From positions 122,567 to 186,566 of the forward strand of contig CAYRON010000003.1 in the NCBI GenBank assembly GCA_964425885.1: 64,000 nt of DNA, written 5' to 3'. Position 1 is the stretch's first letter, and each line of letters opens with the position of its first letter. This document shows positions 39,754 through 49,706 of the stretch, in pieces. Below the pieces are notes generated by a model. It saw nothing but the letters and a program-made list of their open reading frames with translations, was not told where the DNA came from and ran no database searches. Source of the stretch: an uncultured Salinibacterium sp. (GTDB lineage Bacteria; Actinomycetota; Actinomycetes; Actinomycetales; Microbacteriaceae). A program made the position numbers and the translations under genes.

Positions 39754-42362
39754 AGTTCTCGATCAACGGCGAGCCCGTCGATGCGACCCCGCGACCGGGC
39801 CAGGTGCTGCGCACGCTTCTGCGCGATCTGGAGCACTACGAGGTCAAGAAGGGGTGCGACGCCGGGGATTGCGGTGCGTGCACTGTGCTGCTGGATGGCA
39901 GCGCCATCCATTCGTGCATCTACCCTGCCCAGCGCCTCGAGGGCGCGAGTGTCACCACCGTTGCCGGGCTCGGCGAGCCGGAGCACCTCCACCCTGTGCA
40001 GGAGAGTTTTGTGCAGGCCGGCGGATTCCAGTGCGGCTTCTGTACGGCCGGCATGGTCGTGACAGCGTCGGCGATCACCGCTGAAGGGCCCGTCGACGAA
40101 GCCGATCTGCCTCGACTCCTCAAGGGCAACCTGTGCCGCTGCACGGGGTATCGCAGCATCCGCGATGCGATCTGCGGCACCACCAATACCGAGGTAGCGC
40201 CGGCCGGAGACGCCGCCGGTCGCTCGGTCGCTGCCCCCGCCGCACGCCGTGTCGTGACCGGCCGCGAGCCGTACACGCTCGACGTCACCACGACTGCGCT
40301 CGCACACCTGGCGGTGCTGCCGAGCCCATATGCTCACGCGCGCATACTGTCCATCGACACGTCAGCTGCGCTTGCGATGCCCGGCGTGATCGCGGTGCTC
40401 GATCACCGCGACTCCCCCTCGACACTGTTCTCCACCGGCCGGCATGAGCACCGTACCGACGATCCGGATGACACCCTCGTGTTCGATACGGTCGTGCGGT
40501 TCCGAGGGCAGCGTGTTGCCGCAGTCGTCGCCGAATCCGCAGCGGAGGCCGAACTCGCCGTGGCCGCGATCGTCGTGGAGTACGAGGAACTGCCCGCCGT
40601 CTTCGACCCCCTCGTGGCACGCGAGCCCGGTGCTCCCCTCGTCCACGGGGACAAGGGCGCGGCGTCCCGCATCCTCGACCCCGGCCGCAACACCCTGGCC
40701 GAGTTCTCGGGTGGGACGGGCGACGTCGACTCCGCGGTTCGGGATGCGGCGGCATCCGTCACGGGAACGTGGCAGACCGCGCGGGTCAACCACGCGGCAC
40801 TCGAGACCCACGCAACGCGCGGCTGGCTCGACTCGGACGGCCGCCTGGTGTTGCGCACCTCGAGCCAGGTCCCGTACCTCGTGCGCGACGAGCTGTGCCA
40901 CATCTTCGGCCTTCGCCAAGACCGGGTGCGGGTCTTCACTGCCCGAGTCGGCGGCGGTTTCGGCGGCAAACAGGAGCTGTTCACCGAGGATCTCGTGACG
41001 CTCGCCGTGCTGAAGACCGGGCGGGCCGTGCAGCTCGAGCTCACTCGCGAGCAGGAGTTCACCGTGACATCCCCTCGCCACCCCATGCGCGTGCGCGTGA
41101 CGCTCGCGGCCGACGCTGACGGCATCCTTACGGCGATGGACGTCGACCAGCTCATGGATACGGGCGCCTACGGCAACCACGGAATCGGCGTGATGTTCCA
41201 CTCGGTGCACGAGTCGGTTGCGGTGTACCGCTGCACCAACAAGCGGATCCACGCGCAGTCGGTGTACACGAACAACCTGCCGTCCGGTGCGTTCCGGGGG
41301 TACGGGCTCGGGCAGGTGATCTTCGCGATCGAATCAGCGATGGACGAGCTGGCTCGCGAACTCGGTATCGACCCCTTCGAACTTCGCCGACGGAACGTGA
41401 TCGTGCCGGGCGACCGGATGGTCGTTGCCGATCCCGAGGAAGAGTCCGACCTGGGCCTGAACAGCTACGGACTCGACCAGTGTCTCGATCTCGTGGAGGA
41501 GGCCCTGGGCTCCGGTCGTGGGCTGGAAGCACCGGAGGGCTGGGCGCTTGGCCAGGGTATGGCCCTGTCCATGATCGCGACGCTTCCGCCCCGCGGTCAC
41601 TACGCGGAAGGGTCCGTGACGCTGCTCGAGGGTGGCGACGTCGAGATCCACGTGGGCACCGCGGAGTTCGGGAACGGCACCACCACCGTGCACGCCCAGC
41701 TCGTGGCATCCGTGCTGGGGCTCACGGCCGAACGGGTGCACATCAGGCAGTCGGACACCGACGTCATCGGTTACGACACCGGCGCCTTCGGGTCGGCGGG
41801 GGTCGTCGTGGCGGGTAAGGCGCTCTACGCAGCAGCCCAGAATCTTCGCGACCAGATCGCATCGTCGGGGCCCCTGCCAGGGCTCGTCGGTCGCGGCCAC
41901 AACGACGGCACTCCGCGATCCGTCGCCTTCAATGTGCATGGCTTCCGGGTCGCCGTGAACTCCGCGACCGGCGAGGTGCGCATCCTGCAGTCGGTGCAGG
42001 CAGCGGATGCCGGGACCGTGCTCAACCCGGAACAGCTCCGAGGCCAGCTCGAGGGCGGAACCGCCCAAGCCATCGGCAGCGCGCTCTACGAAGAAGTGCG
42101 ACTGGATGGCGCGGGTACCGTGACGACGACTGCACTGCGGAACTACCACATCCCGCAGTACGCGGATGTGCCGTTCACCGAGACCTACTTCGCCGACACC
42201 TTTGACGAGCTCGGCCCGCTCGGCGCGAAGTCGATGAGCGAGGCGCCGTACAACCCGGTGGCCCCGGCCCTCGCCAACGCGGTACGGGATGCTCTCGGCA
42301 TCCGCCCCTACGAACTGCCCATGTCACGCGACCGCCTCTGGCGCCTGGCCAACCCGACCTAG
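39750..42362 (+). CDS. Xanthine dehydrogenase family fused 2Fe-2S + molybdopterin subunit
   Basis: GCDAGDCGAC, QCGFC, NLCRCTGY, GGGFGGK, AFRGYG, GAKSMSE. Confidence 0.92.
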   Translation: MKFSINGEPVDATPRPGQVLRTLLRDLEHYEVKKGCDAGDCGACTVLLDGSAIHSCIYPAQRLEGASVTTVAGLGEPEHLHPVQESFVQAGGFQCGFCTAGMVVTASAITAEGPVDEADLPRLLKGNLCRCTGYRSIRDAICGTTNTEVAPAGDAAGRSVAAPAARRVVTGREPYTLDVTTTALAHLAVLPSPYAHARILSIDTSAALAMPGVIAVLDHRDSPSTLFSTGRHEHRTDDPDDTLVFDTVVRFRGQRVAAVVAESAAEAELAVAAIVVEYEELPAVFDPLVAREPGAPLVHGDKGAASRILDPGRNTLAEFSGGTGDVDSAVRDAAASVTGTWQTARVNHAALETHATRGWLDSDGRLVLRTSSQVPYLVRDELCHIFGLRQDRVRVFTARVGGGFGGKQELFTEDLVTLAVLKTGRAVQLELTREQEFTVTSPRHPMRVRVTLAADADGILTAMDVDQLMDTGAYGNHGIGVMFHSVHESVAVYRCTNKRIHAQSVYTNNLPSGAFRGYGLGQVIFAIESAMDELARELGIDPFELRRRNVIVPGDRMVVADPEEESDLGLNSYGLDQCLDLVEEALGSGRGLEAPEGWALGQGMALSMIATLPPRGHYAEGSVTLLEGGDVEIHVGTAEFGNGTTTVHAQLVASVLGLTAERVHIRQSDTDVIGYDTGAFGSAGVVVAGKALYAAAQNLRDQIASSGPLPGLVGRGHNDGTPRSVAFNVHGFRVAVNSATGEVRILQSVQAADAGTVLNPEQLRGQLEGGTAQAIGSALYEEVRLDGAGTVTTTALRNYHIPQYADVPFTETYFADTFDELGPLGAKSMSEAPYNPVAPALANAVRDALGIRPYELPMSRDRLWRLANPT

Positions 42363-42378
42363 ACCCCCGCGGGTCTGT

Positions 42379-42570
42379 TTTTCCCCCAAAACGCGCGCTG
42401 GTTGACAACAAGCGCGCACATGTCGGCGCTCCTCGTCACTATCGTCGCTTCCTAGCGATCGCAGGCCGGCGGGGATGCGACGTCCCCCCGCTCGCCTCGA
42501 ACTGTCCCCAGAGTGACAACATGCGATGAAAGTTGCACGACACTTGCCAACCAGCGCGCTCTTTGCAGGA
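42379..42570. repeat. Inverted pair of family A repeats (MITE-like, about 190 bp) between convergent genes
   Basis: Reverse complement of 42379..42408 (ttgtcaaccagcgcgcgttttg) versus 42544..42570 (ttgccaaccagcgcgctctttg). Confidence 0.6.
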
Positions 42571-42589
42571 TGAATGCCCTGGGGGCGGG

Positions 42590-43495
42590 CTATTGGGCCT
42601 GGGAGACCCCGAGTCGCGCGTGGATCGCGCCGGCCGTGCCGGTGAGGGGACGCGTCGTGGCGCCGGAGCGCACCGCGAGCAGCTCGGCGAGGATCGACAC
42701 GGCCGTCTCCTCGGGGGTGGATGCCCCGACATCCAGTCCGATCGGAGACCGCAGCCGCGCGATCTCCCGCTCTCCCACGCCCCTCTCGCGGAGGGAAGCC
42801 ACCCGGCGATCGTGCGTAGCGCGCGACCCCATCGCCCCGACGAAGCCGGCTGGCGATGCGAGCGCGATCTCCACGAGCTCGGCGTCGAAGCGCGCGTCGT
42901 GACTCAGCACGCAAATCGCCGTGGCCGGGTCGACGGATGCCGAACGCAAGTACTCCGTCGGCCACTGCACCACGACCTCAGCGCCGGGAAAGCGCGCTGC
43001 CGTCGCGAACAGCGGGCGCGGATCGCACACCGTCACGCGATACCCGAGCACCCCGGCCGCTGCAGCCAGGGCCGCGGAGAACTCCATCGCTCCGAAGATG
43101 ATCATGTGGCGCTCGACCGGTGCCGGTTCCGTGTACTCGCGGCACACCTCGATCGGCGCGGCATCCCCGAGCGCGGCCAGCAGCTCAGGCGTGAGCAACT
43201 GCACGTGCACGCGAATCTGCCCGCCGCAGGTGAGTCCCACGCTGAACGCAGTCTCGTCATCCACCCCGTACTCGACGGTGCGTGGCGCACCATCGGCGAG
43301 CACCTCCTCGCACACGTCGACGACAGCACCCTCGACGCATCCGCCGGCGATGGAACCGATCACGGCGCTGCCGTCGTAGGCCATCGAGGTGCCGACCGTG
43401 CGCGGCGCGCTCCCCTCGACGGAGATGGCCGTGGCGACCGCGATGGGGCGCCCGGCGGCAGACGCCGCGAGGAGCCGATCAGCGATCTCGTGCAT
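42590..43495 (-). CDS. xdhC: XdhC family Moco-insertion chaperone
   Basis: GSAPR..G, GGCVE, GLTCGG, GAMGSR, PIGLD.GA.TPEE.A.SI.AE. Confidence 0.92.
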   Translation of the reverse strand: MHEIADRLLAASAAGRPIAVATAISVEGSAPRTVGTSMAYDGSAVIGSIAGGCVEGAVVDVCEEVLADGAPRTVEYGVDDETAFSVGLTCGGQIRVHVQLLTPELLAALGDAAPIEVCREYTEPAPVERHMIIFGAMEFSAALAAAAGVLGYRVTVCDPRPLFATAARFPGAEVVVQWPTEYLRSASVDPATAICVLSHDARFDAELVEIALASPAGFVGAMGSRATHDRRVASLRERGVGEREIARLRSPIGLDVGASTPEETAVSILAELLAVRSGATTRPLTGTAGAIHARLGVSQAQ

Positions 43496-43517
43496 GGCTC
43501 CAGCGTCGCACACCGGG

Positions 43518-43533
43518 GTTTCCGCCGCGTAAC
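43518..43533 (-). promoter_or_regulatory. GlnR-type box GTTAC-N6-GAAAC
   Basis: Reverse complement of gtttc cgccgc gtaac, in the xdhC/amidohydrolase divergent spacer. Confidence 0.6.
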
Positions 43534-43566
43534 GCCCCTGATACGACCGGCTGGTAGAACTACAGG

Positions 43567-44835
43567 ATGCTGACCATCACGGGCGCCACCGCCATCGTCG
43601 TCGACGAGCACACCGAGACCACCGGCGACCTACACGTCGCCGACGGACTCATCGCCGCGAGCGCGACCGGCGACACCCTCGATGCGAGCGGATGCATCGT
43701 CACTCCCGGTCTCGTCAACGCCCACCATCACCTGCTCCAGACCGCCTTCCGAACGCTTCCCGGAACTCGGGGCGTCGCCATGTCGCAGTGGCTGCCGACG
43801 ATGGCGGCAGCGTATGCCGAGGTGGGGGTGGATGCCGAACTCGCGTCTGTCGCAGCATCCGTCGGTCTCGCCGAAGCGCTGTTGTGCGGCGTCACCACGG
43901 TGGCCGATCACCACCTCACCTGGCCGTCCGGCTCGGACACCGTGGCCATCGCGACGGCGACCGCTGATGCGGCAGCGCGGCTCGGCGCACGGCTCGTGTT
44001 CGTGCGCGGCTCGGCCCGCGACGATCCGCAGGAGGCCGCGGCATCCGCCGACGCGATCGCCACCGCGCTCGCACCCCGAACGGCCGACGGAATGCTGCAG
44101 CTCGCGGTCGGCCCGGCCGGCGTGCACAGCGATTCGCGCGACACCTTCGAGCTGCTCGCCGAGGTCGCGCACAAGCACGGTCTCCGCCGGCGTACCCAAT
44201 CGAATGAACAGGTCGACGTCGCGATCGCGCTCGAGAAATACGGTCGGCGACCGATCGACCTGCTCGACGAGTGGGGCTGGCTCGCCGACGACGTGACGCT
44301 CGCCCACCTGTGCGACGTCACCCCGCAGGAGATCGAACGGCTGGCCGCGGCGGGCGTCACCGCCACTCACGCTCCGGGATGCGACCTGCCGATGGGCTGG
44401 GGCATCGCTCCCGTCGCGGCGCTGAGGGCAGCGGGGATACCCGTCGGCCTGGGCACGAGCGGCGGCGGCAGCAACGACGCCGGACACCTGCTCGCGGATG
44501 CCCGGCTCGCCATGCAGGTCGCGCCGCTGGTCGGCCCGCCCATCGCTGCTCGCGAGGTGCTCGGTATGGCGATGGCAGGCTCCGCCACGGGTCTCGGGCG
44601 CCCCGAACTCGGCAACCTGCGGCAAGGGTCGGCTGCGGACCTCTGCGTGTGGGATGTCTCGGGGGCCGCCGATGCCGGCGTCGCCGACCCCGTCGCCGGG
44701 CTCCTCTGGGCGAACCCCGGTCGTCGTCCCCGCCACGTCGTAGTGGCTGGGCGCGTCGTCGTGCGGGACTACGAACTCGTCACCGCCGACGAACGCGAGC
44801 TCGTGGCATCCCTCGCCGCACGTCTGACCCCCTGA
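43567..44835 (+). CDS. Amidohydrolase (8-oxoguanine/isoxanthopterin deaminase-like) with atypical metal ligands
   Basis: PGLVNAHHH, GVTT..DH, LAH, GSND, ADL. Confidence 0.85.
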   Translation: MLTITGATAIVVDEHTETTGDLHVADGLIAASATGDTLDASGCIVTPGLVNAHHHLLQTAFRTLPGTRGVAMSQWLPTMAAAYAEVGVDAELASVAASVGLAEALLCGVTTVADHHLTWPSGSDTVAIATATADAAARLGARLVFVRGSARDDPQEAAASADAIATALAPRTADGMLQLAVGPAGVHSDSRDTFELLAEVAHKHGLRRRTQSNEQVDVAIALEKYGRRPIDLLDEWGWLADDVTLAHLCDVTPQEIERLAAAGVTATHAPGCDLPMGWGIAPVAALRAAGIPVGLGTSGGGSNDAGHLLADARLAMQVAPLVGPPIAAREVLGMAMAGSATGLGRPELGNLRQGSAADLCVWDVSGAADAGVADPVAGLLWANPGRRPRHVVVAGRVVVRDYELVTADERELVASLAARLTP

Positions 44836-44872
44836 CAACTGGCCCCCTGACAACCGCTTGCGGTTTTTTCCC

Positions 44873-44947
44873 GCCAACCAGCGCGCTGATGTACGAGAAG
44901 CGCGCACTTTTCAGCGCGGGTTGCACAGCAGCGCGCTCTTTTCGAAA
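44873..44947 (+). repeat. Degenerate family A repeat copies
   Basis: gccaaccagcgcgct at 44873 and cagcgcgctctttt near 44929, between convergent genes. Confidence 0.45.
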
Positions 44948-44987
44948 CCTTTCGAAAGGGATGTCGCGGGCCCTGCCGCGGCGAAGG

Positions 44988-45938
44988 TTAGAGCTCCAGC
45001 ACCAGGAGCGGGCACGCGGAGCGGGAGACGCACGGGTACATGACGGTGTTCGCCGCCTGCTCGTCGGGGGTGAGGATCGAGTCGCGGTGATCGACCTCGC
45101 CCTCCATCACCGGAGTTTCGCAGGTGCCGCAGGTTCCCTCGCGGCACGACGAGAGCAGCAGCACCCCAGCTTCCTCGATCACGTCGAGCACTGATCGCTC
45201 CGGCGGCACCTCGAGCGTCAACCCCGAGTACGCGAGCTCCACCTCGAACGGGCCAGCGAGCACGGGCGGCCCGAATTCCTTGGGCTCGAAGCGTTCGACC
45301 TTGAGCTGGCGACCACGAGAAGCCACCTCGACAGCCTCGATGAGCCGAGCGGGCCCGCAGCAGTACGTGGTCGTGAAGGGCTTGAGGTCGGCGAAGAGCG
45401 CGTCGAGGTCCAGTCTTGCGCCCTCATCCGCAGCGTGGATGGCGACCTGCGTCGGGTGCGCGTCGACGAGCTCGTCCACGAGCGCCATCGTCGACCGCGA
45501 TCGCCCGGCGTATTCGAGCCGGTAGTCGACTCCGGCTGCCGCAGCGGCCTCAACCATCGCCGAGATCGGCGTGATCCCGATGCCGCCTGCGATGAAGAGG
45601 TAGCTCGTTCCCTTCTCGGGCACGAACTCGAAGTGATTGCGAGGGCCGGCGATCGTGATGGTGTCGCCGACCGAGCGCTCGTGCAGCCAGCGGGAACCCC
45701 CGCGGCCGTCGTCCTCGCGCAGCACTCCGATACGCCAGGTCGGCGCATCCTGCACACCGCAGAGCGAGTACTGGCGGGCATCTCCGTCCGGCAGCAGCAC
45801 GTCGATGTGTGAACCGGGCTGCCAGCGGGGCAGTGCCGCCCCGGATGCCGCGGCCAGCTCGAACAGCGCGATGCCCTCGGCACCACGGCTCTTGCCGACG
45901 ATGACGGCCTCGAACTCGCCTGTGACGTGTGCCGTCAT
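44988..45938 (-). CDS. PDR/VanB family oxidoreductase (FMN, NAD, C-terminal 2Fe-2S)
   Basis: RQYSL, GRGGS, AGGIGITP, SCREGTCGTC...CVS. Confidence 0.92.
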   Translation of the reverse strand: MTAHVTGEFEAVIVGKSRGAEGIALFELAAASGAALPRWQPGSHIDVLLPDGDARQYSLCGVQDAPTWRIGVLREDDGRGGSRWLHERSVGDTITIAGPRNHFEFVPEKGTSYLFIAGGIGITPISAMVEAAAAAGVDYRLEYAGRSRSTMALVDELVDAHPTQVAIHAADEGARLDLDALFADLKPFTTTYCCGPARLIEAVEVASRGRQLKVERFEPKEFGPPVLAGPFEVELAYSGLTLEVPPERSVLDVIEEAGVLLLSSCREGTCGTCETPVMEGEVDHRDSILTPDEQAANTVMYPCVSRSACPLLVLEL

Positions 45939-46549
45939 AGCTTGCGGGGCCTCTCCTTCACCACGAACAACCGGAACCCTCCGGCTCGCGCCGCGCGCCA
46001 CCGGTGCGGGGTTCCCCCACCGTAATAGACCGAATCTCCGGGCTCCAAAACGACCGAGCCCTCCGGGCCGAGGTCGACCTCCACTGCCCCATCGATCACT
46101 GTGAGAAACTCGTCCTCCTCGTGTGCGAAGTAGTCGCCGAAGCTCTCGTTGTCGCCCGTGAATTCCATGGGGTGGAACCGACGGATGCCCTGCACAAGCA
46201 TCCGCGCTTCGCCCTCGGCATAGTGGCCCCTCGTGCCCTCTCCCGCTCGCACGACGGTGGCTGCCGGGGCCTGCACGGAGCTCGCATCCTCTGCTGCAGC
46301 GATGAGTTCGAGCTGGCTCGTGCCGAGAGCCCTGGCGATCTTCTCGAGCGAAACCATGCTCGGCCTCGCGAGCCCGCGCTCCAGCTGGCTGAGGAAGGGG
46401 TGCGACAGCTCCGAGTCGGCAGCGAGCTGCACGAGGGTCAGGCCGCGTGCACGCCGGAGCTCACGGATGCGCTTGCCAATGCGCTCGGCCTGTCGGTCGA
46501 GGGCGACGGTGAGGGTTGTGACGGGGACTCCTCCGGTGGGCTGAGCCAC
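45935..46549 (-). CDS. XRE-HTH + cupin transcriptional regulator (start uncertain)
   Basis: LS..FLSQLERG..PS; cupin HEEDE..PH. Confidence 0.9.
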   Translation of the reverse strand: MAQPTGGVPVTTLTVALDRQAERIGKRIRELRRARGLTLVQLAADSELSHPFLSQLERGLARPSMVSLEKIARALGTSQLELIAAAEDASSVQAPAATVVRAGEGTRGHYAEGEARMLVQGIRRFHPMEFTGDNESFGDYFAHEEDEFLTVIDGAVEVDLGPEGSVVLEPGDSVYYGGGTPHRWRAARAGGFRLFVVKERPRKL

Positions 46550-46606
46550 CAGAACTATCACAACGCGGAGGAGCCCCACGAGTGAATTACGCTGAATTAA
46601 CACGTG

Positions 46607-46633
46607 GAAACGATCGCGTTACGTGCCAGAAAC
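46607..46633 (+). promoter_or_regulatory. Tandem GlnR-type boxes GAAAC-N6-GTTAC-N6-GAAAC
   Basis: Exact 11-bp phasing upstream of the deaminase-ABC operon. Confidence 0.65.
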
Positions 46634-46654
46634 GCGGGATCCCTAGATTCGAAC

Positions 46655-46673
46655 ATGTTGAGACCATCAACAT
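46655..46673. promoter_or_regulatory. Perfect palindrome ATGTTGA-gacca-TCAACAT, candidate XRE operator
   Basis: 7-5-7 inverted repeat in the divergent spacer next to the XRE-cupin gene. Confidence 0.6.
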
Positions 46674-46737
46674 TCGCGTGCTACCAGCCCAATGAAGTGG
46701 TGGAGGCATTCCACCCCGAACTCGAAGGCCAACTCGC

Positions 46738-47982
46738 GTGACACTACTTCCCCTGCAGCTATCGCAGTTGAGGAACGCCACGCTCTCCGACGGCTCCACC
46801 TGCGACGTCGAGCTCATCGACGATGTGGTTCGCGGCGTGCGCCCCTCGGAGGGCCGCCCGGCGGAGGTCGGGACATCCGAACTCGACCTCACGGGCTTCA
46901 TGCTCCTACCCGCTGCCGCCGAGCCTCACGCACACCTCGACAAGGCGCTCACGTGGGATCTCATCAACCCTCCGGCTGGCGACCTGGTGCAGGCCATCGC
47001 GTCGTGGCAGGAGTACTCGGCGAACATGTCGGTGGAGTCGATCGCCGACCGCGCCCGCACGCAGGCGCTCGCGATGCTGCGCAACGGCACGACCGCGATC
47101 CGCTGCCACGTCGACATCCTCCTCGGCCCTGAACCACTCCGTGGCGTGCAGGCTCTCGTACAGGTGCGCGACGAACTCGCCGATCTCACCGACATCGAGC
47201 TCGTCGCCCTCGCCGGCTGGCAGGCGACGGATGCCTCGGTCGAAGCCGCCCTCGACCTGGGCGTCGACCTCGTGGGTGGAGCACCCCACCTCGCGCCAGA
47301 CCCGAGCGCCGACCTTCGCCGGCTGCTGGCCATCGCTTCCCGCCGCGGCGTCGGCGTGGACCTCCACACCGACGAGGGCCTCACCGGGCACCTCACGATC
47401 ATCGAGTACGCGCGCATCGTTCGCGACTGGCAGCAGCCGGTCTCGGCAGGCCACTGCGTACGACTCGGCACCCTCGAGGCATCCGAACTCGACGAGGTCA
47501 TCTCGGAGGTGCTCGCGAGCAATATCGGCATCATCTCGCTGCCCATCACGAACCTCTACCTGCAGGGTTGGGATCACCCCGTCTCCACGCCGCGCGGCCT
47601 CACCGCCCTTCGTGCGCTGATCGACGCGGGCGTCCGCGTGGGTGCGGGCGCAGACAACGTGCGAGACCCCTTCAACCCGGTCGGCCGCAGTGACGCGTTC
47701 GAGACCGCGTCCCTCCTCGTCACCGCCGGCCACCTCTCCCTCGAGGAGGCCTGGTCGACGGTGAGCACGGGATCGCGCTCGGTGATGTCGCTTCCACCAG
47801 CGGGCGTCTCGGTCGGGTCGCGAGCCGAGCTGGTCGCCGTCCGCGGCAGCAGCCTGTCGGATGTCATCGCCAACGCCCCGGCCGACCGATACGTCATCCA
47901 CGCGGGTCGCCTCGTCTCCCGCAGCCACGTCGTCACCGATATGGCCCTCCCCGCACGACTCCCCCAACTGGAAATGAGGTGA
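46738..47982 (+). CDS. Cytosine/pterin deaminase-like amidohydrolase
   Basis: EPHAHLDK, DLHTDE, AGHC, GADNVRDPF. Confidence 0.88.
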   Translation: MTLLPLQLSQLRNATLSDGSTCDVELIDDVVRGVRPSEGRPAEVGTSELDLTGFMLLPAAAEPHAHLDKALTWDLINPPAGDLVQAIASWQEYSANMSVESIADRARTQALAMLRNGTTAIRCHVDILLGPEPLRGVQALVQVRDELADLTDIELVALAGWQATDASVEAALDLGVDLVGGAPHLAPDPSADLRRLLAIASRRGVGVDLHTDEGLTGHLTIIEYARIVRDWQQPVSAGHCVRLGTLEASELDEVISEVLASNIGIISLPITNLYLQGWDHPVSTPRGLTALRALIDAGVRVGAGADNVRDPFNPVGRSDAFETASLLVTAGHLSLEEAWSTVSTGSRSVMSLPPAGVSVGSRAELVAVRGSSLSDVIANAPADRYVIHAGRLVSRSHVVTDMALPARLPQLEMR

Positions 47983-48758
47983 CTCCCATGTCAACAGCGA
48001 CCGCTGCACCTGTGGTGACCGAAACCGATACGCTGCTCGACTTCCACGACGTCGCAATGACCTTCCCTGACGGCACGGTGGCCCTCTCCGGCGTCGACCT
48101 CACGGTGAAGCGGGGTGAGTTCGTCACCGTCGTCGGCCCGTCAGGCTGCGGCAAGTCGACGCTCCTGCGCATCGCCTCCGGCCTCGAGTCGGCGTCGCAC
48201 GGCACCGCGAAGGTCAGCACCGATCGCATCGGGTACGTGTTCCAGGATGCGACGCTGCTCCCGTGGCGCGATGTGACATCCAATGTCGAACTGCTCGCCG
48301 AACTGCAGGGCATCCGCAAGGCAGAGCGAGCATCCAAAGCACAAGAGGCCATCGAGCTGGTGGGCCTGTCGGGATTCGAGAAGCACCTCCCCAAGGCGCT
48401 CTCCGGCGGGATGCGCATGCGCACGTCGCTGGCTCGTTCCCTGACGCTCGACCCCGAGATCTTCCTGTTTGACGAGCCCTTCGGTGCGCTCGACGAGATC
48501 ACCCGCGAACGCCTCAACGACGAGTTGCTGCGACTCTTCGCTGAGAAGCAGTTCGCGGGCCTTTTCATCACCCACTCCGTTTCTGAGGCCGTGTACCTCT
48601 CGACGCGCGTGATCGTGATGTCCGGTCGTCCCGGCCACATCGTCGACCAGTTCGAGGTGCCGTTCGACATGCCGCGTGACCCGGAGGTGCGCTTCACCGC
48701 CGAGTTCGCCGACCTCGTCGGCAAGGTTTCCCACGCACTCCGAGAGGGGCACGCCTGA
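47979..48758 (+). CDS. ABC transporter ATP-binding protein (NitT/TauT type)
   Basis: GPSGCGKST, LSGGM, DEPFGALD. Confidence 0.93.
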   Translation: MTPMSTATAAPVVTETDTLLDFHDVAMTFPDGTVALSGVDLTVKRGEFVTVVGPSGCGKSTLLRIASGLESASHGTAKVSTDRIGYVFQDATLLPWRDVTSNVELLAELQGIRKAERASKAQEAIELVGLSGFEKHLPKALSGGMRMRTSLARSLTLDPEIFLFDEPFGALDEITRERLNDELLRLFAEKQFAGLFITHSVSEAVYLSTRVIVMSGRPGHIVDQFEVPFDMPRDPEVRFTAEFADLVGKVSHALREGHA

Positions 48759-49621
48759 TGTCTGAGACAGTCCTCACCGCAAACGACGATATGGTCGTCG
48801 CGGCTCCCGCCACCGGAGGGACCCCGCGTCGCCGCCAGCTGCCGCACGGCCCTGGCAAGATCCTGCTCTGGGGCCCACCCCTGCTCGTACTCGCCGCCGT
48901 GATCGGAGCCTGGTACTTCATCTCCCTCGTGATCCTCGGCAAGCGGTCGTTCCTCCTGCCGCCGCCGAACGAGGTGCTGGGCACGCTGCTCGTCGAGAAG
49001 ACCCGCATGGATGTCATCGAGGCGTTCTCGAGTACCGCACAGGTTGCGCTGCTCGGACTTGTCATCGCCTCGGTCATCGGCATCGCCTGGGCGATCCTGA
49101 TGAACGTCGCGCGGTGGGTCGAGCGTTCGACCTTCCCCTACGCCGTCATCCTGCAGGCCGTGCCCATTCTCGCCATCGCCCCGGTCATCTCGATCTGGGT
49201 CACCGATGCCTTCTGGGCCCGCACCATCGTCTGTGTGCTCATCGCACTGTTCCCCATGGTGTCCAACACCCTCTTCGGGCTGCAATCGGTCGACCGCAGC
49301 CACCGGGAGCTCTTCAAGCTGCAGAAGGCCTCGCGGTTCACGGTTCTGCGCAAGTTGGAGCTGCCGGCCGCCACCCCCGCGATCTTCGCCGGCCTCCGCA
49401 TCTCTGCCGGCCTCGCGGTCGTCGGTGCGATCGTCGGTGACTTCTTCTTCCAGAAGGGTGCCCTCGGACTCGGCGCCCTGATGCGCAAGTACCAGAGCCG
49501 CGTCGACAACGCTGAGCTGCTCGCCACCGTACTCGTCGCAGTGCTCTTCGGAGTGCTCGTGTTCCTGCTCTTCGGCCTGCTCGCACGGCTCGCCGTCGGC
49601 AAGTGGTACGACTACAGCTGA
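48758..49621 (+). CDS. ABC transporter permease (NitT/TauT type)
   Basis: LPPP, multiple TMs, KLELPAA.P.IFAGLR. Confidence 0.92.
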   Translation: MSETVLTANDDMVVAAPATGGTPRRRQLPHGPGKILLWGPPLLVLAAVIGAWYFISLVILGKRSFLLPPPNEVLGTLLVEKTRMDVIEAFSSTAQVALLGLVIASVIGIAWAILMNVARWVERSTFPYAVILQAVPILAIAPVISIWVTDAFWARTIVCVLIALFPMVSNTLFGLQSVDRSHRELFKLQKASRFTVLRKLELPAATPAIFAGLRISAGLAVVGAIVGDFFFQKGALGLGALMRKYQSRVDNAELLATVLVAVLFGVLVFLLFGLLARLAVGKWYDYS

Positions 49622-49706
49622 CCCGGCCCAGCACAGCATCCTGAGCCGACGTCCACAGACCAACCTGACCCCCTTGCACCACACACCAAACACAGAAGGA
49701 GATCCA

